This document shows, piece after piece, positions 9,712 through 19,429 of a DNA stretch of 64,000 nt. This stretch comes from a virus. The DNA is taken from positions 17,519 through 81,518 of the IMG/VR virus record IMGVR_UViG_3300025466_000023; one strand, 5' to 3'. Under the pieces are notes generated by a model, which was given only the letters and a program-made list of their open reading frames with translations, searched no databases and was not told the origin of the DNA. Each line of letters starts with the position of its first letter. The first letter of the stretch is position 1. A program made the translations under genes and the position numbers.

Positions 9712-11011
9712 CTTGTATCCCTGTTTCTACTAATTCAACGTCTTCGCCAAACAACAGTTTCAGTGCGGCATTTTGAACAGCACCGTAATAGACTTTTTCA
9801 TTTCTACAGTTTTTTAAAAAAACCTCGTCTGGAAATTCAATAGGACAACTAGATTTGCACAATCTTCTTACGTTACAATCTGCACAATGAGTTTTTTTTC
9901 TATTTAGATCCAACTGTACGATACGTATGCCTTTGAGATTATTAATAGTTCCTGCAATATACTTTTCATTTGTATGAGGACAAAGTCTCACGTTTCCTTG
10001 TACATCTATACTGAGCACGTCGCCCGCATCGGCTCCGCAGTTGGTAGTCATAGTAACCGGTATTTGATTCCTCATACTTAATCCGTATTGTACGGCTCCA
10101 GTCCTACTATCAAAAAGATTAGACTCCATTAGAGGAAAGTTTTTGCCTTTGCCTAGTTTGTGTAATTGCTCTATGCGAGCATCTAAGTATCTATTGATGA
10201 TCTTCTTAAATTCTAAAGTATCGTCACCGGTCATTACGTGATTGGTGCTGTTTTGACTATCTGTTTCATCATACGTCCGTCCTAATGTAAAACTTAAACT
10301 AGGAAATTTTAATTCTAAGCGATCACTAACAACTTTAAACCAATTGTTTATTGCAAACAGATCATAATTTTGTTTACTGATCACACAATTAAAACTATAC
10401 TGTACTTTAGGATATAGTGCATCGATGGCTTTAATTGCACCAGCAACAGATTCTTTATCAAATATATCATCACCTCGAATAAACTGTCCAGGTCCGTCAT
10501 GACTAATACCTATGTTTACTACAGCAGATAGGCTTTGGAAAAAGTCTACATGTTTTTGTCTTAGTGGGCTTCCATTAGTGCTGATAAAGAAATGTCTTTT
10601 AGGACCATCTAAATGTTTCATTACTGGTTGTATGTCGTTCCAGTACAAAAATGGTTCGCCACCCCATAGTTCTATTCTTTCTAAGTTTTCTAAATCCAAA
10701 TATGTATCTATAGACTCTATGAACTTATCTAACGCAGTATTCTTACTGCGTTCGTCGGGGTTTCCAATATCTTTCTGCATGCAATAATCGCAAGAATAGT
10801 TACAGGCATGTCCAAATAAAATACGCAACGCAACAGGTTTATTATGTTTCTTTCTAGTCCCGTGTGTCTTTTTGGCTTCTTCATAAAACTCTAACGGTTT
10901 TTCGGCAGGAAGGCTTACAGTTTCTCCTGCATCGTTTATGAGAGTGTTATTGTCTACATCATAGTAAACAACTCTGCCGCTTTGTTTTAGTTTAAATTTG
11001 CTTAGACTCAT
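9680..11011 (-). CDS. Radical SAM/SPASM protein 4 (start ATG 11011, ATGA overlap)
   Basis: CNYSCDYC, WGGEPF, STNG, ISHDG, C-terminal CADCNVRRLCKSSCP...C. Confidence 0.9.
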   Translation of the reverse strand: MSLSKFKLKQSGRVVYYDVDNNTLINDAGETVSLPAEKPLEFYEEAKKTHGTRKKHNKPVALRILFGHACNYSCDYCMQKDIGNPDERSKNTALDKFIESIDTYLDLENLERIELWGGEPFLYWNDIQPVMKHLDGPKRHFFISTNGSPLRQKHVDFFQSLSAVVNIGISHDGPGQFIRGDDIFDKESVAGAIKAIDALYPKVQYSFNCVISKQNYDLFAINNWFKVVSDRLELKFPSLSFTLGRTYDETDSQNSTNHVMTGDDTLEFKKIINRYLDARIEQLHKLGKGKNFPLMESNLFDSRTGAVQYGLSMRNQIPVTMTTNCGADAGDVLSIDVQGNVRLCPHTNEKYIAGTINNLKGIRIVQLDLNRKKTHCADCNVRRLCKSSCPIEFPDEVFLKNCRNEKVYYGAVQNAALKLLFGEDVELVETGIQDAKDIQSQPA

Positions 11012-12078
11012 TTTTTCTCTATTATTGGAATTGCGTTGACTTGATCCGGTTTGATCAGACCAAATTTGCATTTAATCCAACCGCTTTCTATAAGACTGTT
11101 ACAGTATCTAGTGTATGGTTTTAACATTATTCCCGGAATAAAGTTATAGTCATAGTTTACTTTATATGTATCAGTTAATTTGAAATATTCTCGAAACTTT
11201 GGATTATTTGTTTTTTCAATCCAATTTAAATAACGGCGCTGTTTGCCTTCTATCAACTTTATTAGCAACAGATCTTTATTAAATGGCTGTGATAAATCGT
11301 CTACGATCCACCAAGGCTCTTCACTTATATCGCTAGCATCATCGCTAGAAAAATAGAATCTATCATAAAACAAATGCGGGGCTTCCCGCTGTATTTGAAT
11401 TAATCCGTCATCTGTGCTATCAACCCATGTGTTTTGTTCTTCTGCCCATTGATGTTCTAGTATTCGTCTTTCGGCACTAAAATCATGATGTACCATATTG
11501 CGCATGCCATTTTTATTAGCATACTCAATAACGGGTTTTAGAGATTCTATATCTCCACAATCAACAAATTTGATTTTTCTAATAGGACTTGCATCGTTTA
11601 GTTTAGATAGTGCATCAAACAATTTATTTTGATTAACACTTTCTGCAAACTTAGAACTAATACTAATACTGGCTATGTTTTTAAACTTTATATCTTTAAT
11701 CATTCTAGCTGATCTAAAGATAGCATTGTCTGTAAAACTATATTCCATATTGTGAGCATGTGCTTGATACCAAGCAAATTGTTTTGGATAGTTTAGTTTA
11801 AGGAACATCATGTCGTCGGCTGTGCTAACAACTAGAAAATTGCTAAAAGCATCTTGCCAAAAATGTTCAGCTTTGCTGGTTATTTCTGGAAAATAACTAG
11901 GTAGGTTGTTTTTAAGATGTTTAAAATTTTTATCTATGTAACAGATTTTACAACCTGCATCACAATAATATCTAGTTCCCAAACTAAAATAGATATCATA
12001 ATTAATTGAACATAGAGAATCCTGAGATAGCCAATACTCATTGAGATCTATTGCTGTTTCAAAATTCCCATCTATCAT
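11008..12078 (-). CDS. Divergent radical SAM-like protein 3
   Basis: CDAGCKIC (CxxxCxxC) near the N-terminus; no GGEP and no SPASM cysteine set. Confidence 0.6.
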   Translation of the reverse strand: MIDGNFETAIDLNEYWLSQDSLCSINYDIYFSLGTRYYCDAGCKICYIDKNFKHLKNNLPSYFPEITSKAEHFWQDAFSNFLVVSTADDMMFLKLNYPKQFAWYQAHAHNMEYSFTDNAIFRSARMIKDIKFKNIASISISSKFAESVNQNKLFDALSKLNDASPIRKIKFVDCGDIESLKPVIEYANKNGMRNMVHHDFSAERRILEHQWAEEQNTWVDSTDDGLIQIQREAPHLFYDRFYFSSDDASDISEEPWWIVDDLSQPFNKDLLLIKLIEGKQRRYLNWIEKTNNPKFREYFKLTDTYKVNYDYNFIPGIMLKPYTRYCNSLIESGWIKCKFGLIKPDQVNAIPIIEKK

Positions 12079-13184
12079 TGTTTAATTTCAAATCCTTCTG
12101 TAATACCTACCCAGTCGACTAAATTCTTTTGTTGTTTAAGTTTATCCGTATGCATGATTGCAAAGTTCATTATCTGATAAAAATACTTGCAATTGCCTTT
12201 AGGTTCCTCGTTAAACATTTTATACATATACTTCAATCCACAACTAGCACGACTAGGACAAGTTACGCATGAAGGCAATATCTTATCATCGTCGCCTATG
12301 TCTTTCCAAACCACAGGAGTATCTGTGTCCCACTGTCCTGTTCTAGCTTCGTCTCTGCGATATTCTAACCATTCAAATTCTGGATAGATATAACCGTCTG
12401 GCCCTAATATTAATTTACTATGTTCTGCAAAATAGGCCTTGTCTATAAACTGATAATTTCCATCTATGAACACATTAATTTTTTTAATATAGAGTATTTG
12501 TAAGAACTCTAAAAATGCTTCAAAGAACTGTTTTAAATCAATGTTGTCAACTATCACATCGAATTTCTGTTTTCCTCGTTTATGTCTTAGCGGAATTATG
12601 TTTACACTAGTACATCTAGTAGTATAACAGGTATTGACAAAATTAGCAATATTATTAAAACTAAAACTTCTACGATCATCTATTGGTAAAACCCATTGCC
12701 ATTTCCATTGTTCGCAATTTTCATTTAGCACCTTGGCCATAGCTTCAACATCAAATGATTCTCTGTTTTGCTCTTGGAACATGAAATCATAACTAACTGT
12801 TGCGGCCAGTATACCTTTATATTTTTCAAAGAACTCTTTGTTTTCCACTACCAAAGATCCATTTGTAGTCATGCTAACTAGCCAGTTATTCCTACGTGCA
12901 ATAGGTTCTAGCCATTCCATTATCTCATACATCCGCTTAATAAACAGCAGAGGTTCACCTCCATGAAAGGAGATTCTAGTTATACTATTTGTTTGTTTTT
13001 CTGCCCAAAGAAAGAAATTCTTTAGTTTGTCAACTTGCCGAGGCCCTACTGATTGTCCACCAAGGTCCTCGATATAATCTCTATCGCAATAAACACAATC
13101 AAAGTTACATTTATTACCTAGGTATATTGTAACTATGCGTATTTTATCTAAGGGATTAGGATTTACTAGATTTATTCTTGACAT
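12075..13184 (-). CDS. Radical SAM protein 2 with partial SPASM/Twitch
   Basis: CNFDCVYC, FHGGEPLL, TTNG, DGYIYP, CVTCPSRASC...C. Confidence 0.9.
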   Translation of the reverse strand: MSRINLVNPNPLDKIRIVTIYLGNKCNFDCVYCDRDYIEDLGGQSVGPRQVDKLKNFFLWAEKQTNSITRISFHGGEPLLFIKRMYEIMEWLEPIARRNNWLVSMTTNGSLVVENKEFFEKYKGILAATVSYDFMFQEQNRESFDVEAMAKVLNENCEQWKWQWVLPIDDRRSFSFNNIANFVNTCYTTRCTSVNIIPLRHKRGKQKFDVIVDNIDLKQFFEAFLEFLQILYIKKINVFIDGNYQFIDKAYFAEHSKLILGPDGYIYPEFEWLEYRRDEARTGQWDTDTPVVWKDIGDDDKILPSCVTCPSRASCGLKYMYKMFNEEPKGNCKYFYQIMNFAIMHTDKLKQQKNLVDWVGITEGFEIKQ

Positions 13185-14916
13185 TTTTAATCAACCTGTG
13201 ATTAAATGTTTCTGTAAGAGCTTTAGTTTCAGACTGTAATATTATTAAATGCAACAATCCTAAGAAAAATGCTCGTTGAGCAGGATCTAGTGTTTGACTA
13301 TCCATTTTGTTATCTGTTGGTGCTATGCTTCCTTTATCTAAAATAAAGTAATAGAAATCACTAATTTCCATAATACTGTCATCAACTAAACTTACAATTT
13401 CTTTAACAAAATTATTAGCACCTTGGGTAAGATTTATTTCTAGATTCATTATTTTACGCCACAGTGATAATAGTTTTCTATAATCATCAATTTCATCTAT
13501 TCCGTTATGGACTTTATCTAAAGAAGGATGGTAATTATAAAAATAATAAAATAACAAATAACTTAATCCTCTAACAAATGCAGGATGTTCGCCCATTGTT
13601 TGTTGTGCAGAAACAATCTTTTCAAACTTCAATTTAAACTGTTTTTTAGCAACGTCTTCTTGCAGATCAACAAACAACTTAACAATTTTTTGACACATGT
13701 CGTCCGGACGAAACATTTTTGTTCCTGTGTCCAAATTGCCAGCAGGACATTGATAGCAGGCATTTTTGTAATCACAAGTTTGACATTGTTCTTCTTCCTC
13801 AAACATCTTAGCATATTCTTTTTGGAAGTTTCTATATCTATCAATATAGATTTTGTCTTGCCAAAGGTTACCTAATATTGTTTCGCCTGTAGGGCCTGCC
13901 TTTTGATTAGTAAAGAAATAGCATCCGCTAAAGTCACCTGATCCATCAATAGCAATCATGTCTGCACCAATCATGCAGTTTTCTTCGCCCTTCTGTCCTA
14001 CCCCTTCTGAAAAGTGTATGGTCATATCTTCGTGTTCTTCTAGTACTGCTACTATATCATCGTGCAGTTTTTGCCATTCTTCTTCTCGCCATTGAACGAA
14101 TCCTCTAGCACTATCTAATACTAATGGATGAACGACTATTCTGCGTATACCTCTAGAATATAAATTGTCAACAAAGTCTCTAAAATAAGGAGCATTTTCT
14201 CTAGCAAGAGTAATCCTCATTGTAACACGTTTTGCGGCTTTAACATCTGCGGGCATACGACTTATGCAGTCCATTACTTTATCGATATCCTTCTGCCCGA
14301 TTTCTCTATGGTCAACTTCAGAGCGATTTGTATCAAGACTGATTAATACTCCTGTAAAGTCGTATGAAAAATATTCATTTATAAATTCATCTGTTAACAA
14401 AATACCGTTTGTTACCAGACCAATTACTGTATTTGTTTCTCCTGTACAGGTTAGAGATATTTCTTGTTCATTGGTCTTTAAGAATTGAAGTATTAGCTCT
14501 TTGTGTATCAAAGGCTCACCGCCAAAGAACTGAAACACTTTACGTTGTCTTTGGTTGCTGTCTCTAAGGAATCTAAATGCCGTTAGTAGACTTTCATTTG
14601 TAAATCTACCAAAGTCTTTGTTATGCTGTTCGTAACAGTACGTACAACTTAGATTACAAGCATTGGTTAATATTAAATTCATCTGCTTCAAATCTTGAAA
14701 CAAAAATTTACTATCTTTAAAACTTAATATTTGTTCAGTCGGCTTAGGTAGTACGCTTACAAGTCTGTTGGTTTTTTCTAACCCTTTAGGGGTTATAATA
14801 TTTGAGCTATGATATGCAAAGGATCCGTCTTCTGAAACACTAACACTAGATTTATGATCTAGGAATCTTTTCTTTTGTGCTTCAGTTTTGATCCAGGCAA
14901 TTGGATGTTCTGCCAT
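13156..14916 (-). CDS. Radical SAM/SPASM protein 1 (start ATG 14916, TAATG-coupled to the Cys-rich gene)
   Basis: CNLSCTYC, FFGGEPL, VTNG, ISLD, CMIG...GC, CQTCDYKNACYQCP...C, helical C-terminal extension. Confidence 0.92.
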   Translation of the reverse strand: MAEHPIAWIKTEAQKKRFLDHKSSVSVSEDGSFAYHSSNIITPKGLEKTNRLVSVLPKPTEQILSFKDSKFLFQDLKQMNLILTNACNLSCTYCYEQHNKDFGRFTNESLLTAFRFLRDSNQRQRKVFQFFGGEPLIHKELILQFLKTNEQEISLTCTGETNTVIGLVTNGILLTDEFINEYFSYDFTGVLISLDTNRSEVDHREIGQKDIDKVMDCISRMPADVKAAKRVTMRITLARENAPYFRDFVDNLYSRGIRRIVVHPLVLDSARGFVQWREEEWQKLHDDIVAVLEEHEDMTIHFSEGVGQKGEENCMIGADMIAIDGSGDFSGCYFFTNQKAGPTGETILGNLWQDKIYIDRYRNFQKEYAKMFEEEEQCQTCDYKNACYQCPAGNLDTGTKMFRPDDMCQKIVKLFVDLQEDVAKKQFKLKFEKIVSAQQTMGEHPAFVRGLSYLLFYYFYNYHPSLDKVHNGIDEIDDYRKLLSLWRKIMNLEINLTQGANNFVKEIVSLVDDSIMEISDFYYFILDKGSIAPTDNKMDSQTLDPAQRAFFLGLLHLIILQSETKALTETFNHRLIKNVKNKSSKS

Positions 14917-15185
14917 TACAATGTACCACGAGTGCAATCACATTGACATTGACAATCGCAAACAGTAGTAAAATCATCATAATAAGTGTGAGTATGATTT
15001 ACAAGATTATTAAGAACGTTTGCCATTGCGGCAAATGTTGAAGCCGAAATACGTTGTCCAGACCCCACAGTTCCAGGTACGCTTACGCCTTGATTAGGTG
15101 CGGAAGTATAGTTAGCGTCCACGTTTCCGTCGGTTACGATCTGTGCATCTACTGTTGCGGTATTTGTTGAAGTTGTATCAGCCAT
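14916..15185 (-). CDS. 89-aa protein with C-terminal CDCQCQCDC tract; candidate radical SAM substrate
   Basis: ...LNNLVNHTHTYYDDFTTVCDCQCQCDCTRGTL; stop overlaps the rSAM1 start. Confidence 0.75.
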   Translation of the reverse strand: MADTTSTNTATVDAQIVTDGNVDANYTSAPNQGVSVPGTVGSGQRISASTFAAMANVLNNLVNHTHTYYDDFTTVCDCQCQCDCTRGTL

Positions 15186-15187
15186 AA

Positions 15188-16225
15188 TTAATCTCCAGTG
15201 TATTTATAACTGCTATTTCGATAAACATCTAAAGTGACTACGCATTTGTTTTCTAGTCCACCTAGACTTCTAGCTGTCTGTGAAAGACCCATAACAGTAT
15301 TTTCATTCCATCTAATGTGTATATACCCTTGTTCTTGTCCATCTTTAAACTCAAAATATACCTTATTACTGTCCGGATCTCTAGTCCAATTTAGGTTAGA
15401 TATTACTTTAATGTTTACTTTTGGAACTTCTTCTTGATAGCGCCACTGAAAAATGCTGTTTCCGAATGGTTTTAACCAAAACTTATCACCCGCAACAATT
15501 TTAGAATTACCTAAATAGGCAATATTCTTGCTCATTGAGGGTCTAAAGATTATGTCTCCTATAGACCCAAAATGTGCCTCCGTAGTCCAAAACCTAACTT
15601 CTTCATCTTCCTCTGTATCAAAATACGGAGAAATAGCTGTTAAGTCTGGATTAGGCACTAGATAATAGATAGGCAGTTCTCCTGTTCTATATAAGAAAAA
15701 CCATACAATACTTAAAACTTTGCTAGAGCCCGATTTGACCAAAGAACGATCGGGTAAGTAGACAAATTCTGATTTCAAATGACCTTCTATTGTCTCTTCA
15801 TTTTGTGCTAACCTATTTTCACTATCGAGCAATCGAGTAATCCATCTACTGTTGTTAGTAATATATTGATTATCAACATTAGTATTTTCATCAAATACTG
15901 TAGCAAAGGCAACACTTCTGCTAGCAGGATCTTCATCTAAGTAATCAAATGCAGTCTGCATATCTATGTCAATCGAAAGTCTTTCTCTATTAGGCAGATG
16001 TTGTTTAAAGAAGTGATACAACGTTAGCGTAGATTCTTTAGTTTTATTTCTACCTATAGTGATATTAAAATTATTCTTTGAAAAACAAGATAATCTTTGA
16101 TAATAATCCCTTGCTTCCCATATACCTAATCCCTTGTAAAATCCCCCTACATTCCACGCATTTTGTATATCTCCCCAAGGAGTTGGATAATGAGGCAACT
16201 GTTGCACTATTACTGTTTTTTTCAT
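15188..16225 (-). CDS. Hypothetical protein, 345 aa
   Basis: Long ORF coupled to both neighbours; no motif recognised. Confidence 0.7.
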   Translation of the reverse strand: MKKTVIVQQLPHYPTPWGDIQNAWNVGGFYKGLGIWEARDYYQRLSCFSKNNFNITIGRNKTKESTLTLYHFFKQHLPNRERLSIDIDMQTAFDYLDEDPASRSVAFATVFDENTNVDNQYITNNSRWITRLLDSENRLAQNEETIEGHLKSEFVYLPDRSLVKSGSSKVLSIVWFFLYRTGELPIYYLVPNPDLTAISPYFDTEEDEEVRFWTTEAHFGSIGDIIFRPSMSKNIAYLGNSKIVAGDKFWLKPFGNSIFQWRYQEEVPKVNIKVISNLNWTRDPDSNKVYFEFKDGQEQGYIHIRWNENTVMGLSQTARSLGGLENKCVVTLDVYRNSSYKYTGD

Positions 16226-16590
16226 TTTATTGATACCTTTAATATCTTCATACTACCTGTAAATCTAATATCTTCATGTACTTTAACATCGATATTAATA
16301 TATTGTATTATACCTTTGTTGGTATTACGTTCTTTCATTAATGTATGCCTTACTGTTATTGGTTCGTCTAAGTATATAGATTTTTTAAAACGAAACTGTT
16401 GTTCAATTAACCAAACAGTAAAATAATTAATATCTGTTTCACCCAATGCCTTGGCCGCGGTTAATAAACCAGGCACTACTACTCTATCAGAATCTGCTCG
16501 ATGCTGTGGGTTTCTATCGTTTCCCATCGCACAAAATGCAGTTATTTCTTCTTGAGTTACTTTAATAGGAAATTCAACATAGCCTATCAA
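16222..16590 (-). CDS. MaoC-like hotdog-fold dehydratase
   Basis: FCAMGNDRNPQH...VVPGLL...QFRFKKSIYLDEPI. Confidence 0.7.
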   Translation of the reverse strand: MIGYVEFPIKVTQEEITAFCAMGNDRNPQHRADSDRVVVPGLLTAAKALGETDINYFTVWLIEQQFRFKKSIYLDEPITVRHTLMKERNTNKGIIQYINIDVKVHEDIRFTGSMKILKVSIK

Positions 16591-17401
16591 TTACATCTCC
16601 ATAGGTCATTGTTATTCCTAATGCAGACAAAGATAATTTGATCATATCAAGTTCTCCATCTGTTACTTGATTACAATAATCCGCATCGATAAATTCTAAA
16701 GTGTATGTTCTAGTAGTTGACTCTTCTGTGTCAACATCAGATGCTGAGCCGCTGAACATGAAACCGCTGTGTTCTACTTTAGAAACCCACTTGACCATAA
16801 ATGCTTGTTCGATGCTATCACCTGGACTAATCTTGGGCGGATACTTAATTGTTTTTGGAATCTCAATACTAATATCTCGACTCCACAATTTGTTTGGATT
16901 GCTGTCTATACAATGATATTCAGCGATAGCCAAGTGCGTTCTATCAAAACAACTAGAATTAAAAGCAGAATGAAAACGACCCGCTGTGTTATATCTATAA
17001 CCATACCCGTCAGCCCGTGTTGGAAAAACTTCTGTTTCTTCAAAATCAAAAAAGAAACAACCGGGATTATCATTAATGTGTAAATGATATTTGTTATCAG
17101 GATCCCTATGCCAACGAAGGCACTGATTAGGAATTAGATTTAGAAATGTTCCTCGACTGACTTTAATTGGTAAAGACCTAATAAACTTTTCAAATACAGT
17201 TCCTTGTATCTCAGGCACAACATTTGGGTTTTCGATATAAAAATACTTAAGGCGATCGACTCCCTCTTTTGGTAAACAAGCATTCAGCATGCCCATTCTA
17301 CTCATGTTATGTTTGATAGCGTTCCATTCTTCTAACACCTGCTGGGGATCGACACGTACGGCAGTACGTTCGATAATATTACGCATAAACTGTCTACTCA
17401 T
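16574..17401 (-). CDS. Asp/Asn beta-hydroxylase-like Fe(II) oxygenase
   Basis: LRWHRD...YHLHI...FHSAFNSS..DRTHL. Confidence 0.65.
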   Translation of the reverse strand: MSRQFMRNIIERTAVRVDPQQVLEEWNAIKHNMSRMGMLNACLPKEGVDRLKYFYIENPNVVPEIQGTVFEKFIRSLPIKVSRGTFLNLIPNQCLRWHRDPDNKYHLHINDNPGCFFFDFEETEVFPTRADGYGYRYNTAGRFHSAFNSSCFDRTHLAIAEYHCIDSNPNKLWSRDISIEIPKTIKYPPKISPGDSIEQAFMVKWVSKVEHSGFMFSGSASDVDTEESTTRTYTLEFIDADYCNQVTDGELDMIKLSLSALGITMTYGDVIDRLC

Positions 17402-17727
17402 TATGCTCGTGTCCTAATGCTAGTGTTGTGTATTGAAATGTAGGTTTCTAAATCAAAGTGTCCAAATGGATTATTATCAATTTGTTCAGCTATTTCGTAT
17501 TCTAAATCACCGTACCAATTATTTTCCTTGGCAAACTGTTCCGGGTCACAATGCAGTTTTTCAGCTTGTTTATAGGCACTATAAGTTCCTACAACATGTT
17601 GATGTTCATCATATTTTAAACATACAGCAACTAACACGGCTAGATCACGTGAAGATTTTGTCCATGTATATTCTATTTTTTCTAAGTTGCCCGTTCTATG
17701 TCTAGAAGGTCTTTCACGTGAAAACAT
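17401..17727 (-). CDS. Hypothetical protein, 108 aa
   Basis: AAGGGG SD and TATAAATA upstream; first gene of the coupled run. Confidence 0.65.
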   Translation of the reverse strand: MFSRERPSRHRTGNLEKIEYTWTKSSRDLAVLVAVCLKYDEHQHVVGTYSAYKQAEKLHCDPEQFAKENNWYGDLEYEIAEQIDNNPFGHFDLETYISIHNTSIRTRA

Positions 17728-17751
17728 TGTTTAACCCCTTATTATTAGCGG

Positions 17752-17759
17752 TATTTATA
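17752..17759 (-). promoter_or_regulatory. T4-type late promoter heading the radical SAM operon
   Basis: Perfect TATAAATA in the intergenic gap. Confidence 0.65.
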
Positions 17760-17777
17760 AGTGCTACTTTAATGATT

Positions 17778-19004
17778 TTAAAATGCTGGTATACCGACAA
17801 CAACAGACGAACATTTACCACCAAAACCGTAGGAGTTTTTAACAAAATGAGATTTAGTTATTGTTTTAGTAGACTTTACGATTGTAATGTCTTTTTCGAA
17901 TTCACAACTGGTAAAATTAGCCACGGGTGGCACTTGTTTAGTTTCTAAACTTTTAATTCCATATATAAGTTCTATAAGACCACTAGCACTCATTGTATGA
18001 CCTATATGGCCTTTATTGCTAGTAATATATGCATTGGGAAATAATTTGTTCATAGCATCGTATTCTATTACATCTCCGGCAGGTGTAGATGTTGCATGAG
18101 CCGACACAAATGCAATGTCATCTTCAATAACTCCACTTCTAGTTAATGCCTGAACTGTGGCACTGGTTGCTCCCATACCATCTTCAGTTGGACTTGTAGG
18201 ATGTGCGGTTTCTGTATAAAATCCTATGCCACATATTTCAGCAAGAATAGTAGCACCTCTAGCCTGTGCATGTTCTAAAGTTTCTACCACAACAACTCCT
18301 GCACCTTCTCCTAAAATAAATCCATCACGTGTATCGCTAAAGGGTTGGCTAATATAATCTTCATCGCGCTTGCTCAATGCACGTAAAACTTGGAAGAAGT
18401 ACATATCGTATTTTTCAACCATAGCATCAGTACCACCAACAACTGCTATGTCACAATCCCCTGCGGCTAAGCATTTAATGCCATAATCTAAAGTGTAGAT
18501 TCCCGTAGCACATGCACTAACCATTACTGTGCTAGGACCATGCCACCCGTATTTGGCCGCAACTGCACCCGTAGTAAAGTCATAGCTAATGCCTAATGTT
18601 TGAAATGGGTTGGCTTTAGTTTTGCCAGAATTGTAAGCTATTTCGACTATGTTTCTAGCATCGTTGCCGCCACTGATACTAGATATTAATGTAGCTACAT
18701 TGGTAGTAGTAAATCCACTTTGTCTAACTGCTTCGTCTACGGCCAACATTGCGGCCTTGGTCAATAAGGGCCAATTGCGTGACTCGTGTTCTGTATAAAC
18801 TGTTTGTTCTAATTGGTCTAGATCGGGAAGCTCAAAGGCTCTATGGACTAGCATGGCGGGATCTGTACGAGTATCCCAACTATCGACCTTAGGGGTGGGC
18901 TGTTTACTGTTGAACAATTTGGTAAAGGTATTATCAACACCAGAACCTAGTGAATTTACTAGGCCCATGCCTGTGATAACAAATCGTGTGCTGGGAAGTT
19001 TCAT
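17778..19004 (-). CDS. Beta-ketoacyl-ACP synthase (FabF/FabB family)
   Basis: VITGMGLVNSLG, SACATG (Cys), RDGFILGEGAG, HATSTPAGD, KGHIGHT, NSYGFGG. Confidence 0.93.
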   Translation of the reverse strand: MKLPSTRFVITGMGLVNSLGSGVDNTFTKLFNSKQPTPKVDSWDTRTDPAMLVHRAFELPDLDQLEQTVYTEHESRNWPLLTKAAMLAVDEAVRQSGFTTTNVATLISSISGGNDARNIVEIAYNSGKTKANPFQTLGISYDFTTGAVAAKYGWHGPSTVMVSACATGIYTLDYGIKCLAAGDCDIAVVGGTDAMVEKYDMYFFQVLRALSKRDEDYISQPFSDTRDGFILGEGAGVVVVETLEHAQARGATILAEICGIGFYTETAHPTSPTEDGMGATSATVQALTRSGVIEDDIAFVSAHATSTPAGDVIEYDAMNKLFPNAYITSNKGHIGHTMSASGLIELIYGIKSLETKQVPPVANFTSCEFEKDITIVKSTKTITKSHFVKNSYGFGGKCSSVVVGIPAF

Positions 19005-19050
19005 ATCAGCTGTATTTAAAGCTGATATTTTTTTAAATCACTAATAGTGA

Positions 19051-19428
19051 TTATCTAGTTGTATTATCGTTTTCGTAGTGTGTATGACCAGCAATAGTGT
19101 TTAATACACTGATTGCGGCATTTACTCCGGCCGCAGAAATTTGTTGCCCTGAGCTAGCAGTTCCTATACTTATTGACTGTGCGGGGCCATTAGTGTTGTT
19201 TGCAACACTATAAGTGTTCCTATCACCATTACTACCAAATGTAGCTTCTTGCTCGATATCAGTCCAGCTATGATAATGGCTCGCAAACTGATTAATAGCA
19301 TTGCAAATACTGTTAATGTCCGAGGCATTAATTCTGTTTCCCGAATAAAAAGCGCCTGTGTTAGGGCTCGGAGTACCTGCTTGCCAATTTGGACCGCCTG
19401 TAGTTCCCGTTCCTGAACCTGTTCCCAT
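19051..19428 (-). CDS. 125-aa Gly/Asn/Ser/Thr-rich protein with two SG..I.A...HxH repeats
   Basis: Two internal repeats similar to the 89-aa Cys-rich protein. Confidence 0.7.
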   Translation of the reverse strand: MGTGSGTGTTGGPNWQAGTPSPNTGAFYSGNRINASDINSICNAINQFASHYHSWTDIEQEATFGSNGDRNTYSVANNTNGPAQSISIGTASSGQQISAAGVNAAISVLNTIAGHTHYENDNTTR

Positions 19429-19429
19429 A

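Noticed and set aside
6113-19004. Host chromosomal contamination or a bacterial biosynthetic island
   Set aside because: The genes are interleaved with phage genes and share the same TAAATA late-promoter signature as the terminase and structural genes.
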